Below the pieces are notes generated by a model. The model ran no database searches. It worked only from the letters and a program-made list of their open reading frames with translations, and was not told where the DNA came from. Below, piece after piece: positions 12,390 to 24,576 of a DNA stretch of 64,000 nucleotides. Source of the stretch: Nemertoderma westbladi (taxonomy: Eukaryota > Animalia > Xenacoelomorpha); the NCBI GenBank assembly GCA_032718475.1, contig JAUCBJ010007962.1:7400-71399 (forward strand), written 5' to 3'. Made by a program: the position numbers and the translations under genes. The number at the start of each line of letters is the position of its first letter. Within the stretch, counting starts at the first letter, position 1.

Positions 12390-15300
12390 CATGGTGATCA
12401 CGCCGAAGTTTTGAAAAGCGTAATAAGACGTTTAAACATGCGTTACCGACAGAAATGGCGCAAATTAGAGAATAAGTTGGAAGGTCAAGGTAAAGTATTG
12501 ACACTTCAACACATTCATGACATGATAGCCATAGACGCATTAGCAGAGATGAAGTCAAACTTCTCAGAGGAGAATATGAGGGAGTCTAAGCCTGTTACTG
12601 GTAAGTCAATGGTAAGTTTTGACGATGACAGGACCACTGTGACTTTTAACTCAGTAGACAGATATGATTCGAGTACCCCAGCCTTTAGATCAGACTCGCG
12701 AGTATGGTCAGGTGAGCGGTTAGATAGACCTAGGTTAAAGCAACAGGAGTTGCCGGATGGATTTGTAGGTTGCCAATTCTGCTTGCTAAAAGAGGTAAGA
12801 TCTGATGACAATAAGTTGGACAGTTGCAGACGGTTTCAAAGAATTAAATTCGGAACAGAGAAGAGTTCAAGTGCGGACGTTGGACACCTGTTGGGCATGT
12901 CTTGCGCCAGGCCATGTACGGCGGCAGTGCCCGAACAGCAAGGATGGATGCATGGAATGCGGCAGACTACATCACAAGTTGCTACATGCGGATTTCCATA
13001 CCCCAACGGACCGTTACTTACAGAGAAATCCTCAAAGGAAGGGGAGCAAAGAACCCGTATCGATAAGAAGAAATACGTATACTGGCATCCAGGACGATGG
13101 TTATCAACCAGGTTCGTCGGACGAGGATGGCGAGGCGAGCGCGAGAGAAGTGACCTGCCAAGGTTTCACCGCGGATAGTTCATCGACCAGCGCACGGACG
13201 TATTTATCATCGGCCACGTCGGAAATATTTAGCATGATTCCGGTGAAACTTACTGGGGATAAGGGATCGAAGAGAATATATGTGATGTTGGACACTGCGT
13301 CCACATTATCATATATCGACGAGGAAGTGGCGAGAGCCGTTTCTAGCTTCCAGGACGCCGAGGAAATCCAAATAGAGTTAAACTCCATGCACGGGGTAGG
13401 GGACCTCAAGGGACACAGAATTTCGGTAGAACTAGATTCCCTACTTCCGAGAGACCAACATACTCGACAAGAACGGAGAGCTTTGCCATTAGATGGATTC
13501 AAGTGTCTAGCTATGAAGGGGTTCGGCAGGCAGTTAGGTAAGGTGCCGCCGATGAGTCCCATAGCACAGGAGTATTTTGACAAGCTCAAAGTACCGAGAC
13601 ACCAGGTAGGTTATAGGAATGTTTCTATGTTGATTGGTGCAGAACAGCTGATCGCACACCAAATATGGGAAACGAGACCAGCTGAGCCGCATGTCAATGG
13701 ACCACATGCCTATAGGACTATATTAGGTTGGTATACAAGAGTACCCATGTCTTATGAGTTTACAGGTGGCGACAAGCCAATAGATAGATAGGACGGATTA
13801 CAGCCTATAACTGAACCACCGTTAGTAGAACCACCAGACATAGACGAGTTTAGGAGAACCTGTATTGACCATTATAGTGACGTTAGCGAGTCGGACGAGG
13901 AGTTGATTCCCGATAATGTTAGGTTGTCGGAACCACTTCATAACGACCGGACAGATAGTGAACCCGAGGACTACTGTTATCAGACCCGTGGGTCTGGTTC
14001 AGCGGCCCACGCTACCTATTTGAGTAACATTTTGACTTATACCGACATAGTGGAGGGTCAAGTGGCTAAATATCGAGACCTCGACATTTTCCAATACAGT
14101 GAGGAGGAATTGCAGAAGGAATTGATACGCCAGGACCTCGAGACAGGAGCTAGAACCGTCGAAAGGCTGGATAGGGACGCAATGGAACCCGGTGGGTATG
14201 ACCTAACCATGTCCACTGATGAGAAACGGTCGCTGGAGATGATGGAAGATACCATACGTCTGCTACCGACAGGACATTTTGAAGTTGGAATGTTGTGGCG
14301 TCGACAACCACCTAAGTTGGAGAACAACTACAGCTTAGCCTTGAAAAGATTGGACGGAGTAAGGGCTCGGTTGTTAAGGAATCCAGACATTAGGGAGAAG
14401 TGTTGCGCCCAGATCAACAACTATTTCGCCAAGGGATTTGCTGGGAAGGTAGAGGACCCTGACTTAGTGACAGACCAGACATATTACCTCCCACACCACT
14501 ATATGACTCACCCTGACAAACCTGATAAAGTCCGAGTGGTCAACGACTGCGCAGCAGTTTACAGAGGTATGTCCCTGAATTCAGAGTTGATGGATGGACC
14601 CAACCTGAATAACTATTTGATCGGAATACTGTTACGTTTTAGACAGCGGCGATTCGCGTTTACTTGCGACATCGAGGCGATGTTCCACCAGGTAAGAGCC
14701 TGTAAGGCAGACCAGGATAGCCTTCGATTTCTCTGGTTCGAGAATGAAGACTTATCCGGCCCGGTGGTTACATACCAGATGTACGTTAGGATATTTGGTG
14801 CCCGCGATAGTCCGAATGGCACGCTGTTTGTTCTAAAGAAAACGGCAACAGCCCAGATTGGTAAGTATCCAGTAGAGGTGATCGAGTCTATATTGAGAAA
14901 CTTCTATATGGACGACGGATTGGTGTCCAAGGACACGGCAGAACAAGCCATAGAAGTGGCTCACGGCCTACAGGAGTGCTTGGCTACAGGGGGTTTTCCT
15001 CTAACCAAGTTCACTACAAACTCGGAGGCTCTATTAGAGTCGTTCCCGGTGAAAGATCACGGGAGCGGAGACATAGAATTGGGGGTAGAACCCATCCCCA
15101 TGGCGCGAGTACTGGGACTCGCTTGGAACCCGAACACGGACAAGTTCCAGGTAAGAGTTAGATTTGAGCCCAGTAGTCCAGACAAAGTTTTGACAAAGAG
15201 AATTTGCTTATCGACATTAAGTAGACTATTTGACCCGATGAACTTTATCAGTCCGGTAATATTACAGGCACGAGCGTGCATGAGGAAAATTTGGTTGTCC

Positions 15301-17872
15301 GACTTAGAGTGGGACGAACCAATATCTCCTATACATGCAAAGCAGTGGAGAGAGTGGGAAGTCGAGTTGCATCTATTGAAAAATATAGATGTACCCTGTT
15401 CCTACTTTCCGAATCAGCTGGTATTCCCAGCTGATCTCGAACTCCATTTATTTAGTGACGCAAGTGACACCGGCTTTGGTATGGTAGCCTACCTTCGCCG
15501 AGAGGTAAGTCAGGATAAGTTTGAGACGGCTTTTGTGACTTCTACATCAAAGACAATGCCGGTCAAATACATGACTGTCCCTCATGCAGAGTTACAGGCG
15601 GCAGTAGTTTCAGTCGAGGTAAGTAAGCAGATAACAAAGGAGTTAGACACGACATTGACCTTATTCTATTGGACGGACGCATCCTTAGTGTTAGTATACA
15701 TTGCAGCTGACAATATTGCACTAAAGACATTTGTGGCCAACAGACGCGCTCAGATCGTCGACTTTTCGACGAAGGAACAATGGAGACATTGTCCGGGAGT
15801 GTTGAACCCGGCCGACATAACTTCGAGAGGTGCAATGCCAGCGGAATTCTGTCAGGAAGAGTCTCAGGAGTTTTGGTTGCATGGACCTGATTTTCTGATG
15901 AGGACACAGGAACATTGGCCAGAGTGACTGAAGATAGTGACCAATCCGATGCCCGAAGATGCAGAAGTCAAAGTGGAGAAAGTCTCTAAGTCAAAGTCTA
16001 AAGCCAAACTCAAGTCATTGGAGCAGCCTGAAGAGTCATTGGAGCAGCCTGAAGAGTCATTGGAGTGGCCCGGAGACCTGTCAGACCTACAGACTTACGT
16101 GACTACTAGGTCCGGAAGGGTAAGTTATGACATAAAACCACCCTTACAGACTAAACCAGAGTCACAGTTGGTAAGTGACGGACAGAAAATGACCGACACA
16201 ATGGAGCCTTTGGTTTCCAAACCTGCGGGTTTGGATTCGAAACTTCCATTAGTTAGCGGACAACCGTCGCTGGCATTAGAGTCATGCAGTGTTTATGACA
16301 AATTACTAAATTCGTCTGCCTCTTGGCTGACAATTTGTAAAAGAACTGCGTGGTTAAGCCGATACGTTTCGTACCTTTGTTTAAAACATTTGAAACATTT
16401 AGGAGAACAATTGAGCACTAATATTGAGCGAATTCGGAAATTGAAACAACCTCTGACAGAGGATGAGATTGATCAAGCGGAATTAAAGCATTTGAAGTAC
16501 TATAAAATGTGTGCCTTCCCAAAAGAATTCTATCTATTGTTGGCTCAACAACCAGTTCTCTCCTTAGAAAATGGAGTCCATTAATCCATAAGGGTTTGAT
16601 TTGTCATAGATCAAGAATCCAGACTGTCGACATAAACTCACAGTTTAGGTTCCCAGTGATAATCCCTAGTCACCCAATAGAATTGCAAAGAGCGATTCTA
16701 TGGGATATACACAAGAGGTTGCATCACGCGGGAAAGTTACACTGTTTGTCGACAGCGAGACAGCGATTCATTCTATTGCAGCCAAGCAGGGCAGTAGGCA
16801 CTATGTACGATGCCTGTCTGGTTTGCAAGAGGGTGAACGCCAGAGTATTGGAACAGGAGATGGCTGAACTCCCGGAAGCGAGAGTGCAGGCATATGACCC
16901 ACCTTTTACAAATACAGGGGTGGATTGTTTTGGTCCGATTGAGGCAAAGAGTGGATGGCTGACCCACAAGCGATGGGGCCTGCTACTGACATGCATGGCT
17001 AGTAGAGCCATACATATCGAGCGTGTGGCAGACATGTCGACCAAATCTCTGCTCCTGGCCTTAAAGAGATTTATGGCCAGGAGAGGACTAGTACAGGCGT
17101 TTTACTCTGACAAGGGTACAAACTTTGTCGGAGGGAATAGCGAGTTAAATGCGGCTCACAAAGCAGCGCAGAATAAAGAAATTTCTGCAGCACTTTTGCC
17201 GCAAAGAATAGAGTGGAGATTTAATACTCCAGAAAGTCCTTGGAGAGGAGGAAGTTGGGAGCGTTTGGTTCGCTCTGTAAAGCAGGCTATTGCCAAGACG
17301 TTGCCTGTGAACAAACAACTTACCAACGATGAACTGGTCATAGCTTTCATCGAAATCGAGCATACCCTAAACTCGAGGCCGATAGCTATGTTGCCAGACG
17401 GTGTTGCATTAACGCCGAATCATTTGCTAATGCAGAGTCCAGCATTTCTTCTGCCGGCATCAGAACCCATTAGTGCCGACCTATATAGTCGTAAGAGCTG
17501 GAAAGTAACACAATTTTAGCGTACACATTCTGGGAATATTGGCGGGAATATTATCTTCCCACCATATCCACCAGAACAAAGTGGTACAAAACGGTTCGGA
17601 GCCTCCAAAGAGGAGACTACGTATTGATAACCGAACCGATTATCAAGAGAAAATATTGGGAGACGGGAGTTATCTTGCACATACACCCAGGCGTGCAAAA
17701 CATAGTGCGCACAGTCACTGTGAAAATTAGGTGCAAGTGTCCGCACCCAAAGAAGTGTAAAACTAATGGTTTGCACACCTTGGACCGACCGGTCCAAGAT
17801 ATCGTGTTATTAGAGGAGACACGCATCGAGACGGGAGATTATAATTTGTCTCCTGCCTCAAAACAGAATTAG
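12390..17872 (+). pseudogene. pol: Element 2 gag-pol (zinc knuckles, protease, RT, RNase H, integrase, DUF5641-like C-terminus) with stops and frameshifts
   Basis: CWACLAPGH..C; VMLDTAS; YYLPHH, KVRVVND, CDIEAMFHQV, FYMDDG; LFSDAS, YWTDAS, NPADITSRG; HHCC, GVDCFGP, SDKGTNFVG, WERLVRSVK; in-frame stops at 13789 and 15925. Confidence 0.95.
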
Positions 17873-18546
17873 TGTTGGACGCAACTCACTTCGTATGCAT
17901 TCCTCGTATGCAAATACAAGGAAATGCATAGGAGCGGGTTTGTGGTGATTTGCGTTGAGTTTTGTCTGGTGGGTATCAAAAACAAAATTTTATTTTCAAA
18001 AGTTTTGGAAAATTAAAAAATTTTCAAAAATTAGAAATGAACCCAAGACAATTCCAGACGCTGTGTATAGACGCGTTTTGAATTCGTCTATAGATATACA
18101 GTAATTTGAAAAGTCGTGAAGCCTGGAAAATAGCATTTAGAAACCATGGTGACGGCTATATTACGTAGGAGTGTAAATTGAGTTTAGCAACTTCTACAGA
18201 TTGGTGCCAACAGTACAACTAGGGTGCTAAAGGTTAGTAGCATCAGAGGCGTACACGACCCCACTCAGTAGTTTGCAGTGAAGTGTGATGTTCGATATCA
18301 AACCTGTGGGTTTGGTATAGTCGAGCATTGAGACTATTGTCCTTTCTAACTACTGTAGTTTATTACGAGTAATGGGAGTAGTTTGGGCATCAAAAAAGTG
18401 AGTTGGTCACGGCCAGTTTATCTCCAAACTTTTGCGCTATGCATGGGAATAGGTTAGAGGATAGTTAGGAAGAGACGGGATCTAGAGAGTCGAACCTGAA
18501 CTGCTGGAAGGCGGGGGGGTTCGGGAGGTCTGTCCTTCGGCGGCAT

Positions 18547-18620
18547 CTAACTGATTTATCCGCAGTGTAATTAGTTACGTAACGGAACACTTATTGGGAT
18601 ATATATATGTGTATACGCAG
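18547..18620 (+). promoter_or_regulatory. Candidate splice acceptors for ORF2 (CTAAC branch plus CAG at 18565; CAG at 18620)
   Basis: CTAACTGATTTATCCGCAG and TACGCAG just upstream of ATG 18627. Confidence 0.4.
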
Positions 18621-18626
18621 ATTATA

Positions 18627-21600
18627 ATGGAGAAGGGAATTAGAGCCCAACCGCGGAGAGGATTTACCGCTAGAGAGGAGGCGGAGCTACCATTTGCCCA
18701 ACCGGGATGTAAAGATTCGAACGTTTACTACCACGGGAGGTCGGTAATGGAGCTAAATGGGAAGTATAAACCCTCATATGATAAGGAATTAAGGAGGGAA
18801 AGAATGAGAGCGTTGGGGGACCGTATGGAAGTTTTGCGGAAGGAGTATCGCACTCGGTATCCTTACGATTTTGCGTTAGACGTATGTGACATTAGTGCAG
18901 ACCCGGACGAGGAGATTGCGCGGCTGTACCATATGAACATGTATTTTCGACACGACGAACCTCTACCTGCAGTCCGAGATCAGTTCGACGGAATGCATCT
19001 TTACCGGAGGACTCGAGGCGAGGATCAAGAGACGCCGAAGATCTTCAGTATGTACAAGTTGTTCTATAAATTTGGTGAATGCATGAACAAACAAGACGTG
19101 GCGATTCCCGACCGACTGGACGAGCAACATCCTGAACCGATATTAACGCGATGTCAAGCTCACCAGTTCCTTAGATACAACGAGGGAGGTTACCCAATGA
19201 GCAACCCGATGATTAGTATCGACTTTAGCGGAAAGCAACCTCCAAGACCCATTACGCCGACCGTTACGACATTAGATCCATATACAGAGATTAAACCCTG
19301 TTCGACACCCAGTTTGATAGAGATGGCAGCGGCCATTTCGCTATACCGAGCCTACAAGGATGTAGAGGCGCGGCGCGAAGCGGCACGGGACTCGGGTACC
19401 AAACCCGCGGGTTTGGAGCTCTCGAGTCCCTGGACTACGTTTACTTCGCCTCACTGAGCGAGAAGCCTCACGCCTGAGCATCAGGACGACATAGACGCAT
19501 TGCGGCAGGAGGAGTGAGCGGCGAAGGCGAAACAGTTATTCGAAGAGCGGGTGGCGGAGTATAATAAGACCGCGGATAGACATCAGGAGGAGACTAGGAG
19601 AGTGACTGGATTTGTTCCACAGGCCGTATCTCAACCCCGACCGGTGTATTATTCCGACGGCAACGAACCTGCGATATTGGTAGATCACCCGGAGTCGCGA
19701 GAAGCGATTAGATTCTTGCCGATGGTAAGGATGTTGGATCATTGGAACGTCGACTGTCTACGGGAAGTTTTATGCGCGAAGTTCTTGCGTGTTCCCGATG
19801 CAGATCACAGATTACGACACAATGGATTAGATTGGAGCTCCGGGGAAGGAGAGTAAATTATTCGGATGGTTGGATAAGTACATCAAGGTATGGGTCGCGG
19901 TGGCTACATTCCCAGACGACGAGGAGGTAGACCAGACGTGGCTGAGGAGGAAGGGTTCTTACACCTGATATGATGACCACAAGGCTATCGAGCGCATGTG
20001 GACCCCATCAGACGAGATTCAGCATCAGTGGAGGAAAACGGAGGAATCACTGCAGGATTGGAGGGTGATGTTCTACGACAATGAAGGAGGGTCTCATCAA
20101 GAATGCTTGACTAGTAAGTGCATTCAAATTCGCGCGGCCGATGGTGTGACTCATGTGTTTATGCGCGTAAGGGCGGATCGAGAGAAACCGGAGCCCATAA
20201 TAACGACACAATATCGGAAAGGGAAGGATCCTAGGGAACAGATTTTGGAGGTATGCAGGCGAGGAGGTATGCACGGAGCGGAGCGTATCGACGCCAGGAT
20301 GCTACCCAAGAAGGTTAGAGAGGCTATTCTTAACCAAGATTACGTCAAGGTGGGATCGGGAGTCCAGAGTGATTTAGAGAGTGACTTCAACGCCATGACT
20401 GATTTGGAAGATAGATTGCCGATACCGTTTGTCGACACCAAGCTATTGTTGCTATGGGCACAGGATATTGGAATTTATAGGGAGTATCCCAACTCTGCCA
20501 AGACTGGTATGGGCTTCATAGCGCATTTGTTGTATAATTGGGACTTTAAGTTGAAGACGCAGAAGAAGTACGAGGAGGTGTATGGCGAATACAACATGCC
20601 ACCGGGAGCGGAGTTCAAATCCCACTTCAAGCGGCAAGCGTTAGTGTATTGGAACATTTGCGCGCGACCCCGTGCGTCACTACAATATTATTTGGTGCTT
20701 GAGTCGAACACGGTAACTTGTTTATTAGCGGATATCGTTGCGCGAGTTTTGAAGCGTCATCCATTGGTGTTTGGAGGAGATCAATACGTTCGCTCGAAAG
20801 GAGGAATCCAATCCGACGTGATGAAGCGTTTCTTAACCCCGTTCTTCAACCAATCGTTAGAGAATACGTCGATGGTTAGGAGAGGATTAGCGATATTCGA
20901 AGGAATATATCGACAGAACATCGGAGATTTGGGAGACCGACCGTCAATGGAATATCCGACGCCAGAGGCTTTGGAGAACTGGTTCGGGAATCAAACCCGC
21001 GGGTTTGGTACTCCCTTCCACTCGGAGGCTGATAGACCTATTAGAGAGGGTTGGCCGGAAACGTTAGTAGAGGTGTTTGGAGTGGATCTTCCGGTGGAGA
21101 AGACATATCCGAAACGAACGCGGGAGGAAATATTGGAGATAGAGGACAAGGGCGAGGATGTTTACGTTGTTCCGGATCGACAACCTTTGACCGGAGAGGA
21201 CGACATCGTATTAGACATTGGGAAAGAAGGAAGTGCGAAACCGATTGGAGACCTCATATATGAGAGGGCCTGGTTTCCGCAAGCGCGTAGGTGCAAGTTG
21301 TGCAGCAGCACAAGGCACAATCAAAAGTTATGTGACGCGGTAGTAGAGGCGGCGCATAAGGTCTGCCGTTGGTGCAATGAGACCGACCATTCGTTTCATA
21401 CGTGCACCGACTTCATTTCTCAATGTGGATATTGTGGAGTAAAGGGACATCGTAGCGCGAGATGCCAAATGCGAGATGATTCCTTTCAAAACCATAGCGC
21501 TAACCTACTTCGGGAGATGCTAGATAAGTGGGAAGGTGTGGCCGACTACCACATCCAAGCACAGATGCGTTGGTTACGATTTAAGAGGGGATATGGATTT

Positions 21601-22311
21601 TGGGCAGTAGACCCATCACACGTTGCGTATGAGCCGTATCTGCAGTCGTTACCACAATATCAAGAGCTCATCCTGACCGCTCAAGACCTTCCACAGAACA
21701 CTGGAGTCATCGTTGTTCGGGAATACTTCAGACAATTGAACATGGATAACAAATACACTTGGAACTTTGTTGCTATTTGCAACCGTATTACAAAGGGTGT
21801 ATTTTCGGAAACTAGAAAGGTGGTGCGCGCGAGAGGAGATTGGAGGATGGCGGCTATACAATACCGCAACGAGTTCCTATTGACTCACGTACCGGTGGGG
21901 TCATTGACCGCTAAGAGGATCGAGGAACAGAGAACCGCAGCGCCCACAGCGACGACTGTTGGAGCTCAAAGCTCACGGAAGGAACCAGGAGGAGAGGTCC
22001 AAGACAAGCGTCAAGTCAAGGACGACCACTACCATTCGATTATAGAAGCACAGGGAGCGTTGGAGAAGGCGCGGGTGCAACTGCAGAAGGAGGAGTTGGC
22101 GGAAGCGACCACAGGAGCACGATTGGGACGAGGCCGAGGGAGAAGTACGAGCCGGGAATCTGTCGGGGCTCAGGGAACATCGTCACCGGTTCCAGGGAGT
22201 GACGCCTCGCGGACAACATCAACAGAGTCGACTACTGGAGGAAGATTGGTGTATCTGGGAAGGGGGCGGAAGAGAGGAGCGAGCCCAAAGAACCCAGGAG
22301 CGGGTCGGTAA
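18627..22311 (+). pseudogene. Element 2 accessory ORF2 (~1200 codons originally): unknown N-terminal part, DEDDy-type 3'-5' exonuclease (~20060-20730), three CCHC knuckles (21292-21465), RG/basic tail; 19996-22311 still open
   Basis: VMFYDNE (ExoI), LPKKVREAILNQDYVKVGSGVQSD (ExoII), FVDTK, W..RP..LQYYLVLES (ExoIII-like); CKLC..H..C, CRWC..H..C, CGYCGVKGH..C; upstream parts joined by TGA read-through and frameshifts. Confidence 0.8.
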
Positions 22312-22833
22312 TGCATTCATATCATGGGGCGACAGACTCTAGATATATACATCATCGTCGCTCTGATGTATATTGTAGCATTTTCGTAAATATCCGACCG
22401 GACTCATATACTAGTCGTAACAATTTGAATTTATATTATGAGAGAGGCGAAGGAGGTGATTGGGGAGACAAACCTGCCCTAGCCTTTCACCTACCACCTT
22501 TCACCTTTCACCCACCCTAGCAAGTTTTATAAAAGAGAAGGTATTTTTGTAAATTTAATTTGTATGTAGTAATCATTATGTAGAACGAATGAGAAACGAT
22601 ATTTTGTAAATTTAATTTGTATGTAATAATTAAACAGTGAGAGAGATAATATTTTGTAAATTTGATTTATTTGAAAACCCATTATGCAATATCTATGCAA
22701 TATTTGTAAATAGTAGAATTATTATAGCATCAAGATATTTAGATTATTTGGAAGTGAATTTATTTTGTTTGTATACATCGCCTATACTCTTCTACAATTG
22801 GAGGGAAACATTGCATGATTTCCCTTGGAGCGG

Positions 22834-24576
22834 TGTTACGGTATATTATGGCGCTGTACTTACATTAGTCCGCATTATACAGTATAATAATATTAGTCCG
22901 TTATACAGTATAATATATTAGCCATTATGCAGTATAATATATTAGTCGTTATGCAATATAGTTATTTAGATAAGACATAATAATGCGCAATGACATTTAG
23001 ATAAGGAAAATGAAACGCCCATATATTTTGAATTCATCCATTTTGTATAGTATGTAGCCCTACCTATGTAATTTTGTATTAGGATATAAGTAGATAGTTC
23101 CAGGGTAGCAAGTTCCTGTTGGACCCTGGATGTGGGCTTGCTGTTATTAGCCTTGATGGGCTAGCTATTGGTTTTAATTTTCTCTATAATTGCGCTAAAT
23201 TAACTTTTGTGCATCGTATTAATAGTACCGCTAAATTAAGCACCGGCAAATTTACCTTATATGGTGACGATTTGAGGGTTTCGGGAGCAATAGGTTCACG
23301 ATCCGGCTTTCTTATTGGCCTAACTGCTTCCAGGTTGGTCTAATGCTAGCTCGGATTGGGGAGCCAATGAGAGAGCGATTGCATAATCCCTCATGAACCA
23401 CCTATAAATTGGCCGTGTTTCCGGTAAATGTAATCATCTTTGTTGTACACTATGTGCTTTGTAATTAATCTCAGTGCTTTCTTTATAATTCTGCATTTCT
23501 ACCTCTTTTCGATTTTTTCTTACGATGATTCGCTAATTTGACTATTTCTGCTTGTGTTTCTCAATCAACCTCAATGATTACTATAAATTACAATTGGAAC
23601 TATGATTTCTACCCTTTAGTAAATGGTTCTATGTGATTCTTTTCGACACAATAATCCTACGGGATTCCTTAGACTGTCAGACTGTTTGGTAATTTGAATG
23701 CGCCACTACGGTACCTATTCATTCTGATGGAGAGCTAAGTTACCGGTAAGCGCGGCGGGCGCATCGGGGGGTTAGCGACGAAGGGAGTGTGGAGGATTCA
23801 AGGGCGGGCAGTGCTGGCGAGAGCACTATTGCGGCTAGAAGTTCGCGGTATAGAGGAACCCAGGTTCGCCGGAACGGTAACTAGGGGGCTGATAATCCAG
23901 ATTTTGTCTCTATTTGTAGTATTAGGGGGGCAGGAATTGGGTTAGTTAGGAAGCTCCAGATGTATCCGGGAGAGACCTGCGTGCCTTACAATCGTGAGCT
24001 AAACTGTAAACTATTGTTTGTTGAATCGTGAGCTAAACTGTAAACTATTGTTTGTTGAAACGTGAGCTAAACTGTAAACTATTGTTTGTTGAATCGTGAG
24101 CTAAACTGTAAACTATTGCTTGTTACGCTGATTGGTGTGTTACTAAAGTGTGCCTAATAAATCACGAATGCTTAGATAGGTGCTCTTTTCCCTTTGATTG
24201 ATTTCTATTTCTTAGTTTATGACGAATAGTTACTGATTAGGTCGAAAAATAATACAGTATTTTAGGCTCTTACTGGTGCTACCAGTTGTGCGATAAATTA
24301 GAATTGCGCATTCTGGAATACTTAGTAATTAGTACGCTGTACATATTTGTGACTGTAATTAACTAGTAAAATTAAGAATTTTGTACGCAGCATAGCGGAG
24401 AGTAGTTAAGGTAGGATTTGGAGTACCGTAACTATTCATGCAGGGCGGTTATTTGAATTAGAGGACGATAAGTTACATTGTAGTATACAGTATTTAGCGC
24501 GCATTAGTAAATTGCTGGCCTAAAGCCAGCCGCAGGTAAGTCTAGTCCCACTACAGGTATTAGCCGTAATAAAACA
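22834..24576 (+). repeat. 3' LTR of element 2 (end uncertain, ~24576-24616)
   Basis: Starts TGTTACGG after GGAGCGG; CCAAT ~23364, TATAAA ~23403; internal 34-bp tandem x4 at 23990-24124 and ~27-bp tandem at 22860-22960; no partner LTR in window. Confidence 0.7.

Larger units (their letters stand above)
12390..24576 (+). mobile_element. BEL/Pao 'element 2' (3' part: gag end, pol, ORF2, 3' LTR); right boundary approximate
   Basis: Continuous decayed gag-PR-RT-RH-IN, long extra ORF, then GGAGCGG-TGT LTR start at 22834. Confidence 0.88.

Noticed and set aside
12391-12410. ATGGTGATCA as a PBS after the second LTR
   Set aside because: It reads as in-frame gag codons of element 2, so it is the insertion target
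18627-22311. env gene
   Set aside because: No signal peptide, fusion-protein cysteine pattern or transmembrane anchor is visible
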